A stretch of 64,000 nt of DNA from Diplonema japonicum (lineage: Eukaryota; Protista; Euglenozoa: Diplonemea), in contig OZ025680.1 of assembly GCA_964019335.1 (NCBI GenBank), forward strand, positions 496,001 through 560,000, given 5' to 3'. Within the stretch, counting starts at the first letter, position 1. Each line of letters starts with the position of its first letter. The notes beneath the pieces were generated by a model that did no database searches, was not told the DNA's origin, and was given only the letters and a program-made list of their open reading frames with translations. The position numbers and the translations under genes are program-made. Below are positions 1 to 11,308 of this stretch, in pieces.

Positions 1-1061
1 AAGAGGCTGTGTTGGCAGCAGTGGCCGACTCTGGGATCGAGAAGGAAAGGCTGGAGGGTGTGTACACGTCAAACATGATGGCTGGTATGTTGTGCAAGCA
101 GCAGCATGTCGGGGTGCTGGTAGCTTCGGAGGTGGGGCTCAAAGGAGTTGACGTTACCACCATCGAGTCGTGCTGTGGTGCAGGTGGTAGTGCCCTCAGA
201 GCAGGCTACTTGGCGCTCAAATCAGGTCTCCTCGACACCTTGGTGGTGGTCGGTGTTGAGAGGATGACCCACGTCCCAATACAACAAGCCACCGAATCGC
301 TGGCCACTGCCTCGCACTGGGGGAACGAAGGGGGCAAGGGTGAAACATTCGTTTCTCTGAACGGATTCTTGAAACACATGTACCTTGAGAAATATAACTT
401 GTCCCCTACAGACCTTTCTATATACCCCATCTTGGCGCATAAGAACGCTGTGACAGCGGAGCATGCAGTTCTGAAGAAGGAGATTACACTCGATGACTAC
501 CTGAACTCGAGGAAGGTATGGGGCGAGGTGAAGGTGATGGACGCGTCCCCAATGTGTGATGGGGCAGCAGCGGTAGTGCTGACAAGCGACGACGGCATGC
601 TGCGTGGGGATAGGAAAAAGGTAGAGATCCTAGGGAGCGGGTCGGCATCGGACGTCCTAACTGTGCAGCACAGGGCAGACCCTCTGCAGCTTGAAGCAGT
701 GGGCGCATCCACTCAGCAGTGCCTGGACCAGGCCAAGCTCACCCGTGATGATGTCGATTTCTTTGAGTTGCACGATGCCTATTCCATCATGGCCTGCCTT
801 TCTCTTGAGGCTTCGGGGTTCCAGTCTCCAGGGTCTCCCTCCCTCCCCCTCCCCATCGCCACATTCGGGGGCCTCAAAGCACGCGGCCACCCCGTCGGTG
901 CCACTGGTGTCTACCAAGCAGCGGAATCCTACCTCCAACTCCAAAACCTCGCAGGCAGCAACCAGGTGACCAAAAACAGTGCCTCGCCTAGAATAGGCAT
1001 GTCCCAGAACATTGGCGGTGCTGGGTCTTCCGTCTTCACGCACCTGTATGGAGTAGTCTAG
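1..1061 (+). CDS. SCP2-type thiolase (acetyl-CoA acyltransferase family), 5'-truncated by the window edge
   Basis: Nucleophile region IESCCGAGG, GVERM, SPMCDGAAAVVL, FFELHDAY (HDxF-type loop), GHPVGATG, C-terminal QNIGG; TAG stop at 1059-1061. Confidence 0.9.
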   Translation, partial: EAVLAAVADSGIEKERLEGVYTSNMMAGMLCKQQHVGVLVASEVGLKGVDVTTIESCCGAGGSALRAGYLALKSGLLDTLVVVGVERMTHVPIQQATESLATASHWGNEGGKGETFVSLNGFLKHMYLEKYNLSPTDLSIYPILAHKNAVTAEHAVLKKEITLDDYLNSRKVWGEVKVMDASPMCDGAAAVVLTSDDGMLRGDRKKVEILGSGSASDVLTVQHRADPLQLEAVGASTQQCLDQAKLTRDDVDFFELHDAYSIMACLSLEASGFQSPGSPSLPLPIATFGGLKARGHPVGATGVYQAAESYLQLQNLAGSNQVTKNSASPRIGMSQNIGGAGSSVFTHLYGVV

Positions 1062-1142
1062 TTTAGAACCTTGTGCTCAGTGTGGAGTGTACATTCCTTC
1101 TTTTTATATGTTCAGCATCTATTATCATCCAAAGGCTTCAGG

Positions 1143-2264
1143 CAGGGCCCCCGGTTCAAAATGGGTTTTTTTCGATAGACCTGCGGTGCTTTTTGGCCGA
1201 TTTTTTGACCCTTTTTTTCAAAAAAAAAAAATAAAAATAGGGGTGAACGTTAATTGGGCCTCTCGTTGGCTTGAACACTTTTTTTTTTTCTCCCTGAACG
1301 TTTGTGCTACTCCTCCAGAAACTCAGCCTCAGTAAGGTTCACATGCCGTCTGCTTGTCGGCATATCATGAAACCGTCTTATGACGCAACTGATGAAGTCT
1401 TCACTCGGAACATCTGCCCCCTCCGTGCTTATCACCAATAGACAGTTCAGTTTCTCAGGTTGTAGAGCAGGGAATTGCGGATAGCATCAAGAAGAACTCT
1501 ATCGATGCAGGGCTTAGGAAAGAGCCCTCTAGAGTCTCCCTGATGGTGTCGTGGTTGATGGGTGAAGAACTTGTCTTGAGCTTGAAAAGCTCAGCCACCA
1601 CTAGACTGATGTCTTCTCGCACGGCCTTAACCCAGTTATCTGGCTTCAGCTGCTGCACCCTCTTCCACACTTTATCCTTTGCCTCTTTGCCAAGTTCTAT
1701 GAAGAACTAAGTGGTGAAGCAGCGGCTCGACCAACTGCTTAGCTGTTTCGATTTCGGGCCTGTCCCCTGCATAGATTTTATGGTCAAGATCGAATAAACC
1801 GGCAGCTTGCAACTCCGGCTGCGGCGCTAACCGCTGCTTCACGTTGCCCATCAGAGCTGAAGTACGGTTTGTGTACCTTTTCGTGGTACAGACTGGATGC
1901 CGTGGAACTGAGTTGGACTCCGTGGGACACGCAAAAGTTCGTCCATGGGGGGTTCTCGACATGAGCTGCCGATTCAGCGAGCTTCATGATTGCTCCATGA
2001 AGCACCCGTTCACAGAACCGAATGAGAGGGAACTCTTCTGCAGTTTATTATTCAGTGGGTGCAGGCAATGCAATGCGGACTAAAACCACACACCCCGTGA
2101 TTAATAAAAAGAGAAAAATTCCTCACAAAAGGGGCAACCCCTGCCCCCTTATGGCCTACCGCAGGTACTAGAAATTCGCCGATCTACGTAGACCGGCGAC
2201 GTTTTCAAAAAGAATTCCTTAGACCGGCGATCGCCGACCTATCCCCACCTTACCGGGGGCCCTG
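1143..2264 (-). mobile_element. Non-autonomous hAT DNA transposon with decayed transposase C-terminus
   Basis: Perfect 13-bp TIRs CAGGGCCCCCGGT (1143-1155 / 2252-2264). The minus strand has broken frames reading LSAIPCST and LQPEKLNCLLVISTEGADVPSEDFISCVIRRF, which resemble the hAT dimerisation domain with the ERxFS segment deleted. Subterminal AGACCGGCGA repeats near 2190-2230. TSD only imperfect (cttcagg / cttagg). Confidence 0.8.
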
Positions 2265-2355
2265 CTTAGGACAAAAAAAAAAAAAAAAAAAAAAAAAAGA
2301 AGAAGAAGAAAGCGAGAAGAACATACCGAAACGACAAAAAAAAAATGTACTCACG

Positions 2356-5300
2356 ATGACATTCCACCACGCTTTTGTAATATGGGTGGGGCTTATAGCA
2401 GCAACGATAGAGGGGTGTGGGGTGGTGCCGGGTCAGGTAGCCGACAATGGTGATGTTCTGATGATGGGAGAAGTGCAGGCGACCCCGGTAGGCAGGGTCT
2501 TAGGTAAATGGATCGCGAATGGGTACGATAGCTGTGGAATGGAGGCGTACACATGTTACCAGGGCAGGGGGGTCTGCGGGAATCTACACGGGGTGAATAC
2601 TTGGGTGATGGATAGAAGTGGCGTGCTAGTCAAAGTAACATTGCTACCGGGCAGGCCTGTTTCCTTGAAAACAGACTACCGGGGACAAGTCACACAGCCA
2701 ATGCGAATCTTGAATCCCATTACCGTTGTCATAACAGACACGTGGGGGAACCCTTCTGTTGAACCAACCGCACAACCGCGCACTTTAGTGGCCGAGTGTG
2801 TCTACCGAGGTGTTGACAAGAACTTCGCCATCTTCGGCACGAAGGAGCTGCCTTTTACAAACGGTTCAGTAACCTTCACTGATCTGACCGTCACAGGGAT
2901 GGTAGGGTTCTGCGATTTGAACTTCAAGTCGGAAGAATACAACCCCACGTCTGCGTCAGGTGTCCCCATCGAGATAACTCTCGGGGAGCCAGTCTACATC
3001 GACATCACCCCTTCGAACCCCAAGGACCAGGTAGAGTTTTACCAAAAGAACGCCAGTGTCACAGTTCAAAACATCAACTACCTAGATCTGCGAGTGGTGG
3101 TCACAGACTACGGGCACAACGTCGTGTCTGGCTTCGACCTGTGTGCCGACCACAACCGAACCAGCATTGCTATCATGAATGGGTCCAATGCATGTATCTT
3201 TATGACGATCAACATGGACAACAGCGCCAAGGAGATCCCTTCCACTGTGAAGTCCTACGCATCTCCCGACGACTCGATCTTCAGCGTCTGGGTACCCGAC
3301 ACGACGGGGAGTCTACGAGTGACTGCAAAGCTTAACGACGGACACAACGTCATCACGAAGGAGGCCACCTACAATGTGGTCGACAGGAGCAGCTTTCAGT
3401 GTGTGTACCCGAAGTACGGTGCCATCCTGCTGCAGGAGGACCTGTCTAGCGAGCTTTTAGACTCGACCACCATGGATGAGATCACGCGCACCTTCTTCGA
3501 CCTCTCCGTCCCGCCACCTCCTTTTGTGCGGTTTAACATTTCAGCACGTACAGGTCAGCCCTGGCACTTCAGTCTGCCTGCTGTCCACCAGTATTGGGTG
3601 CTCATGAAGTCCCCTTTCTACATTGAGATCGACCCTGTCCTCTCCGTCTACTTCTGCTTCGGCTTCAGCTACGCCCGTGTCGACGATCTTGCTATCAACC
3701 TCAAGCAGCCTTTCTGCGGCGGCTCAGACGGGGAGCAGGTCGTTTCCGAGCTCGCCATCCTCCTCTTCGACCTCGGTGACGCGTCGGGGCAGTACCACAA
3801 GACTCGTGGTGCGTTCTCAGGCACCACGGGAACAGCGAAATTCGGGAACTTCACTGGGTTCATCCCTGAGAAGGAGCAGCTGTCTATCTGTGTGGGTGAC
3901 AGGATCCTTTCCGCTGCAACAACAGGCTACCACATCAAGTGTTGCGAACGGAGCACCGGACACTGCAAAGATGGATCGTCGTCACACACGATGCAGACAA
4001 TAGTCATTGCGCTCACCACCATCGTGACAACCCTTGCCACGATAGCTCACATGCTGTGGATCGTGAAGTGTCTGCTGGAAACATACAGGTCCTGCCCTAC
4101 GCTGCGTTCCACGGAAGACATTGCCCAGAAGGCCAAAGTGATCTCCGTGCACATCATCGCAGTGGTGTTCCCCCTCTTCTCTGTGGTGGTTAACAGGGAG
4201 TACGTCGACCACTTCCACCCGTTGGTCTCCTTGTGGATCATCGAAGTTGCGAGTATAGGCTTTTGGTTCTTGGCATGTTCCCTACGCCTTCTGCCTGGCA
4301 CGCACCGCATCCTCAAGGTCGTCTACGACGTGGCTGTGATGCAGCTGGGGTTTGTCTCCTTGTGGCACATCTGGGCAGCATGGGCGTGGGCTGTGCCAGC
4401 CATGTTCCTGGAGACTAGGAGGACGTTGGTGCCATTCACGTGTTTCTCGACGCTGCTCGCGCACTGCATCATGAAGCCAGGTGTCATCAGCAACTTCCCG
4501 GTTATTAAAGTAACGGTGCAAGACAGCCAGGACATGCTTTTGGATTCGCTCATCTCAACCGCCCTCTTCGCAGGCTTCCTCACTGGCTTGGTCTACGCGC
4601 TGAATTCATTCACCGTCGTGACAGACACACAGATGATCCTAGCCGTGGTGGTGGTGCTCGGTGTGGGTGTCTTCATGTCGTGGTCTCTGTCGGGCAGGTT
4701 CGCTGCAGCTTTGCGGCGCACCGTATCTGAATCTGCAGAAAAGGCTGGAGCGATAGCTCTGGACATGGTGAACAAGAGAGCTCAGGGGAACGGGAATGAC
4801 TCGAGGGAGGTCCGCGAGGCCTTGAACGACCTTGCGGACGACCAGAAACAATCGAAGATGACTAGGAAGCAGTCGACAAACTTCGACTACAGGAAGCTGG
4901 CAGTGCTGATCACAGGAAAGGAAGAAGAGGAAGAGCGTGACGACAGTGCCCTGAACCCCTTGATCCCTGCAACCACAACGCAGACCACAGACTCCGAGGA
5001 GTCGAAGATGAACACGTACTCGCCACCTGCATTGGAAGTAGAAAAACCTCAGTCTCCACGTATCCAACCGCAACCACAGCTCAAGAAGGGCATCTTAAAG
5101 CCAATCTCTTCTGTAGAGCACTCAGCGCAGAACAGCAGCGGGAACCTGAACCTGCATGCTAACCACCACAGCATGCGTGCGCTCAACCGCAAGCAGTCCA
5201 CTCCCGCTGCTGCTCTTGCAAACCTTGCGACCGATGTGCTCACTGACGTGCTCTTGACACCCATCGGAACACCCTGCATCTCTCCCAGGGACTACGAACG

Positions 5301-6904
5301 GCGGGGGAGCAATGACTCGCAGTCTTCGGAGAAATACAAACCCTCCCACATGGCATCACCTCGCAAGGCACATTCCATTGCGAAGCTGTTTCAGCGCACC
5401 GGTTCCTCTTATAACACGACAAGCGGCAGCAAGCGCAGCATATCCCCCCTGCCGGAACTGCCGCCAGTTTCGACAAGGAAAAAGAAGAGCGACGGGAGCA
5501 GCACCTTTAAGCGACAGGACAGCAGGGCGGAGTCAGTCAGGACTGACAGAACGGAGTGTGTGACACCTCCGCCTGGCATTGTCAAGCAGCTGACTCTGAC
5601 CCCTCCAAAGAGCCCAAAAATTGACCAAATTCAAAAGTGGCAGGCAGAAGCGTACCCACCTAAATCTCTTGGAACACCTGCACACGACCCCTCACCCCCG
5701 GTGCAGCTCACCCCACGGGAGAACAGCAGTGAGCTCCAAATGGTATTCGACCCCACACAGCAGCAACGTCTGCCGTCGTTCATGGAGGAGGCCGAGCGAC
5801 TGTGCGACACAGCGACTGTGGTGTCGACAAATTCACAGGCGGCGACAAGCATGTCTTTCCAACGGCAGGACACCACGGGGCCCATGGGGCTTGTGAAGAA
5901 GATGAGCGAGCAACTGCTGAGCAGGGAAGACTCGGCAGGAACAGCGACGGAGCTAGGGATGTACATGGGGCAGCGGCTGGCGGAAATGACGAACGGTACG
6001 GTGGAGTCGACGGAAGTACTCTCAGTGACGAAGGGGTCGGAGCTTCTCAGAATGTCCCCGACACCACCCTTGTCACCTCCCTTGTCGCCTGAGATGGAAA
6101 CGTGGCAGCGGCCTGCGAAGATCCTCTTCGAAAGGCGGAGGACGTCGTGTCTCTCGGACCTGGACGGGATACCCCGCGTGGAGTCCTTCCCGATGCCACC
6201 GGCAGAGAAGCGAGTGGTCGTCGAAGAGAAGATCTTGTCGGGGAGCAGCACCCCGTTGCTGAACACACTGATGCCTGCTACAGAACCGGAGAAGCTACTG
6301 ATGACGTTCATGGGGGTATGCACTGCACTAGAATAACCACTTGACATCAAACAAACAGAGCTTCGGTCAAGTGAACAATCCAAAGGCGAACAACCCGAAG
6401 CAGAACATCCCCTCAGGTGGGTGGGTGGAGGGTGGCAACTGGGTGGATGGAAAGTACGTGCCTCCCACAGAGCAAGAGATCCATCGATCCAGACAGAACA
6501 CCCCTACAGGCCGCTTTGCTTCCCACCTGCGCCAAATGCTGGACGATGCCGAAGAGAGCTTGACATGCACCATCCAGCGCATATCACCTTCGGGGGCTTC
6601 TGGGTCACCTACTGGGGCTTCTGCAACACCTACTGGAGCTTCTGGGTCACCCACTGGGGCTTCTGGGACACCTACTGGAGGTTCTGCAACACCTACTGGA
6701 GCTTCTGGGTCACCCTGTTCTCCCAATAATGATGCTGACCGGATATTGGACCAAGAGGCCATTCTTGCCAACGTTCAGAATTTGCAAAAACCGATTCAGC
6801 TGTATTGGCATAGGCCTGCGGGAGGGGTATGCTGCAACGAAGAGGGGGAGGGGTAACATACAAATATACAGGTTGTTGAGTTGCTGCCAGCGTTTCTAGA
6901 GTAA
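2356..6904 (+). CDS. Large receptor-like membrane protein (~1486 aa): signal peptide, ~530-aa ectodomain, ~7 TM helices, long disordered tail; 3 exons (2356-6315, 6359-6826, 6872-6904)
   Basis: ORFs 2356-6336 and 6341-6856 join in frame through the phase-0 intron 6316-6358 (GTATG..AAACAG). A second phase-0 intron, 6827-6871 (GTATG..ATACAG), leads to VVELLPAFLE-TAA. Seven hydrophobic segments lie at about aa 549-780. Confidence 0.75.
6593..6718 (+). repeat. Coding 21-bp tandem repeat, 6 units (GASGSPT/GASATPT heptads)
   Basis: Units such as ggggcttctgggtcacctact / ggggcttctgcaacacctact are read directly. Confidence 0.9.
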
Positions 6905-7252
6905 AAGGGGGAAATAATAAAAAAAAGAGGGAATTGATAGGGATTTACTATCCTGTCATAAAATATTTTTTTTGAAACGGTGCACTTTTTAAAAAAAGGA
7001 ATTTGGGCGTAGAACAAAAAAAAATAATACCCCACCCCCATCTCCAGAGTGATAATGAATTAGAAAGAAAAAAAAAATAGTTTTGTGTTTCGAACAAAAA
7101 AAGAAGAAAAAAGAATTCACTTTATTTAAGGGTAGTCCTCAAGTGGGGCTTGCCCTTAAGACATCGCCGATTTTTTTTTTTTTTTCCTCCAGCTTCCTAT
7201 CCAAATTGTTTAGTTTAGTTTTCCTTTTTTTTTTTTTTTTTTTTTTTTTTTT

Positions 7253-7400
7253 GGGTGATACTATGGAGATGTAAAGAAGTATATCAGATGTGTTGTTCGC
7301 TGTTGACCCCCTCGTCGGTCATCACCGGTAGCGCCCGAGTGGAAGAACGTATTGCAGTGATGAACAGACAGCAAACTGCACGAGCGCAGAATCGGCTACT
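7253..7400. repeat. Dispersed repeat family A, copy 1 (partial)
   Basis: Shares atcagatgtgttgttc..ctcgtcggtcatcaccggtagc..cccgagtggaagaacgta..cagcaaactgcacgagcgcagaatc with the copy at 7938-8250. Confidence 0.9.
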
Positions 7401-7937
7401 GCTGAGCCGGGGTAAAGACCTCTTCAATCTCTTATAAAAAAAATTTTTTTTTTTCTGCTGGCTTTTCCTCCCCCTTTTTTTTCCCTTCAAATTTTTGAAC
7501 CATACAACTTCCTGTCCTGAGGCTTTTTGTTCAAGAAAAAACCACAGGCAGGGCCAAGAACGATGTGTGTCCTTTTTTTTTTTTTTTTTTTTTTTTTTTT
7601 CCTTCTTCCCCCCCTTCTGTAATGGCTTCTTCTTTTCTAAAACGCTTTTTTAGCACGAGGCATAGAGTTATTTTACACCTCATACCCCAATGAAGAAAAA
7701 AGAACTTTTAATACCTATCGTTACACAAGAACGTAACACCAAGGCCCGTATAGGCAGCATTCGCACATCTTTGCGGGTTTGCGGATTTTCTTTCTTTTAA
7801 AAAGCTAAGCACCCTGGCAAAGGTAAGTTTTCGCTCAGGCTAAAAATGCAAAAGGAGGGAGGTGACGAACAAAAAACCGTAAAAACAAAATCTCTTTTTC
7901 ATTCCCCCCCCCCCCCTCCTTTTTCTTCTCTTTTTTT

Positions 7938-8250
7938 AGGTGGTGGGGATAACATGAAAATATAAGAAAAACCATCAGATGTGTTGTTCACTGTTGACCT
8001 CCTCGTCGGTCATCACCGGTAGCACCCGAGTGGAAGAACGTAACGCAGATGCTCAGGGTGACGAACAGGCAGCAAACTGCACGAGCGCAGAATCTTGGTT
8101 ACCCGGGACGCCCCGGCTAGGGTTGAGCTGTACACCGCACGCATTAAGGACACGACGCGGAACGCAGAAGAAGCTACAACTCGGCCGCGGTGCGCCCCCT
8201 GTAATCAAGTAGACAGTTCTTGTGCAGGGCGCCACCAACACCGGCCTCCT
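7938..8250. repeat. Dispersed repeat family A, copy 2 (longest, ~313 bp)
   Basis: Homologous to 7253-7400, 25091-25249 and 42102-42216. It starts AGGTGG after a T-run and ends CCTCCT followed by TTAA. Confidence 0.9.
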
Positions 8251-8795
8251 TTAACCATATATTTTTTTTGTTTTTTTTTCCCTTCTTACTCACTCCAGTA
8301 GCCCTCTTTCCTTTTTTCCTCCTCCTAATCTTACTTTAAGGAAAGTGGAGAAAGTTTTTTATATTAAAAAACTGGTGAATCTATAAGGGGGAGAGAATTT
8401 GAACTAAAACGGGGGGGGAAAAAAAAAAGAGGCATACGTGAGATAAAAAAAAATAGACAAGAAATAAAATCTGTACGAAAAAAAAACCCTCTCCACTGTC
8501 TTCTAATGCTTCTCCCTACCCACCAAAGTGAATGTTTTTTTTTATCGTGGTAAAAAGCCGATTTTTTTGGGTGTTTTTGTACCTTTCCCCGACCACACAC
8601 TTTTTCTTTTTCTTTTTTTAATTTAATGGGGTGTTTTCAATGGTGTCTACGATTCGCCATGATCTTTGCCCTTTTTATAACTTTCAACAGCAGTTCTTCT
8701 TTTTTTTTTTTTTTTTTATAACAGTGGCAGTATGCAGTGAACCAAATAGTGATTGCGTTTTGAAATCACTGAAGGGGGGGGGTAAAAATATTGTA

Positions 8796-10559
8796 CGCTC
8801 CATATTCGCTAAGTGACCCGCCCTATGTCCCAAAGGGGTTATAGGGGGCTATAGGGGAAAAAATGTCAAAAATGCCCAAAGGTTCATTGAATTTTTTTTT
8901 TCAAAAAATCCATATGTCGAACATGAAAGAACGGTGAGTTCCAAGGAAGTTCCAAAAAAAGATTTCCAAAAAAAAAATATTGGGGGCCAACCAAAATGAC
9001 CTTGGAAGTCGCCATTTTGGGTTTTGGCCATTTTTGCCAAACTTTTGCAACTGGGCACTTTTCCCTTTGAAAAACATGGTTAACAGGGTTCGATCCCAGA
9101 AGCCAGCATCTTCCTGACCAGTAGTTCAGCCGAAAATATTTTCGAAGGCATAGTAGTCTAGTTGGGGGGGGCTTTGCCCTGTACCCAGGCGAAGCGGGTT
9201 CAAACCCCACTCCAGCGGATTTTTTTAAGGCTCACCACAGGGGAGAAACGGCAACCTAAACCGGTATTTCCGCGAAAGCTTTTCGTAAGCTTGTGGGAGT
9301 CTAGTTGAGAAAAGTGCAGTTTTGAGGGAAGGACAACTCTTAACATTGTAAGATTGTTAGTCAGTAAGCATAACAGTCCTGTCCTCTGCACTTCGGCCGT
9401 AATCACCAAATACAAACGGGTGGAGATGACGAGAAGGTCAAAGAGGGTTCCGTAGGGGAGTTTATAGTTGAAGAGACAGATGCGCGTCTACGCCGTCCAC
9501 CACAGGGCAACGTACAGTCCAAATGGCATAGTCATTTGAAAGTGACGTTGCCTTTGGGGCAGAAGTTATTTCTGCTTGGAAGGTACTTATGTGGGAATTA
9601 CACCGATCACCGGTCACGTTTGCGTTGGAAGATCCTTGACCCGCGTGCCCTGGTTTGATGACCAGCCTGAACGGAACGGAGACTATGAAACAAGCAGTGA
9701 CGACGACCGGAGAATACTTCCTACTCCTGAGAGCACACGGGCAACTCGAAGGGAAAGACCAAAGCAAGCCCTTCCAGCCAGCAGAGAGCCTCAGACAACG
9801 AGGACTCCAGATGGACAGGATCGCGATAGCGGAGTACAGCCACAAGGAGCTCCACTACCGGGTCCACTACACAAAAGAGGGCAAGAAGTGAGATCTCAGA
9901 GCAGACGGGGTGGAAGTGCCATATGCAGGCAAAAACAAAGGATGGCACCCCAGCCTCATCTTGTACAAGAAGCACAAGACCGAGGAAGCAGAGGAGGGCC
10001 ACCCGAGGCACAACAGAGGACATGGACAACCTCCCCAACGCAGCAGCAACAACAGTAACAGCAGCAGTAGCAGCAGCAAAGACAGTAGCGACAACAGAAA
10101 GTAAAGAAGAAGACATCAGTACCTCCCCCCCCTTCCTCCTCCTCCCTTCCTGCTGTTCTACGTCGGGTGGATCAAGCGTCTAGGAGCTGAAGAAGCACGT
10201 GAGCGGGAGCCTGATGATGAAGCACGGAGAAGACATTATCAAGTAGCTCAGGAATCTGAAGTAGTACGACGGACCGAGACGAGTCAATGGCAATGGAACT
10301 CGTACTAGACTTCGAGAACAGGGAAAGAGGTAGATAAGAGATAAGTAGACAAGGACGTTCCAGAACAGGAACCTCCTTTTGTATAGTACAAAGTAAGGCA
10401 AATCACCAAAAAAAAATTTATTACAAAAAAAAATTCCATATGTCGAACATTGGGCCCCGGACGCAAATAAATCCATTCCAACCCTAGAAAAAGCAATTAG
10501 AAATTTTTTTAGCTCTTCAAAATGCGGTTTCTGGTGGGTCACTTAGCGAATATGGAGCG
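8796..10559. mobile_element. Non-autonomous TIR DNA element (1764 bp), superfamily uncertain (3-bp TTA-type flanks)
   Basis: Perfect 24-bp TIRs CGCTCCATATTCGCTAAGTGACCC (8796-8819 / 10536-10559) with flanks GTA / TTA. The 16-bp motif TCCATATGTCGAACAT lies about 110 bp inside each end (8909-8924, 10435-10450). A stop-interrupted coding-like region is on the + strand. Confidence 0.85.
9147..9217 (+). pseudogene. Degenerate tRNA-like segment (Pol III A and B boxes) inside the TIR element
   Basis: A-box-like TAGTCTAGTTGG (9154-9165) and B-box GGTTCAAACCC (9197-9207) at tRNA spacing, with CTGTA at the anticodon-loop position. The anticodon and acceptor stems do not pair well. Confidence 0.45.
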
Positions 10560-10763
10560 TTATTTTTTTCTTTATAGAAACTGCGGAAGCGAGAACAAGA
10601 TACCATATAACCGCTCTTTTTTCTGTGTTTTTTTTTTCCTCTTCCCTTTCTTTGTTTCTTTCTTTCTTCCCGCAACGAGTATGACATTGACTTGTGAAAA
10701 AAAAAGGGAGGAGGAAGACACCATTGGGCGAACGTGTGTTACGGCGTTATAAAAACTTTCTCC

Positions 10764-10796
<33 letters not shown>

Positions 10797-11072
10797 CTAC
10801 CCGGCACGTACGTCTGCCAATTCCTTCTTCTTTTTTCTATAAAATTCCCTTGCAATTTTCTTGCGAGAAAAAAAAAAAGAAAAAAAAAAAACAGCAACTA
10901 GCAAAGTTTAAAGTTAAAAGAGCTCACACTCCTGTTAGCCGGGGGGGTAGGGAAATATGGAAAGTTTTTATAGTTTCCCCGGCTAGCCAAATCCCCTTAG
11001 AGGGAATCCAGAAAATAAATAAAAAAAATACAAAAATAATGTTCTCACAAAAAAAATCAGCGCGTGTTCCAG

Positions 11073-11109
<37 letters not shown>

Positions 11110-11308
11110 AAATGTAAAAAAAAAAAAAAAAAAAAAAAATCCCCTTGACATTGTTTTTTTTTCTTTCTCTTATTATTCTTTTCTTGTATTTTTTTTATTT
11201 TTTTTTATTATTTTATATTCCCGTTTTTTTTTTTTTTTTTCCCTTCCTTTTTTTTTTCTTCCTTACAAACACCCATCAGCGACTGATGTATTTATTTGAG
11301 ACAAGAAC

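Noticed and set aside
6341-6856. Separate 171-aa gene with a TTG start
   Set aside because: Better explained as exon 2 of the upstream gene through intron 6316-6358.
10181-10396. Five in-frame TAG codons in one frame of the TIR element, suggesting UAG reassignment or RIP-like mutation
   Set aside because: A neighbouring frame is open across most of the stretch and most of the TAGs arise from its GTA-G codon junctions. Host genes use TAG, TAA and TGA as normal stops.
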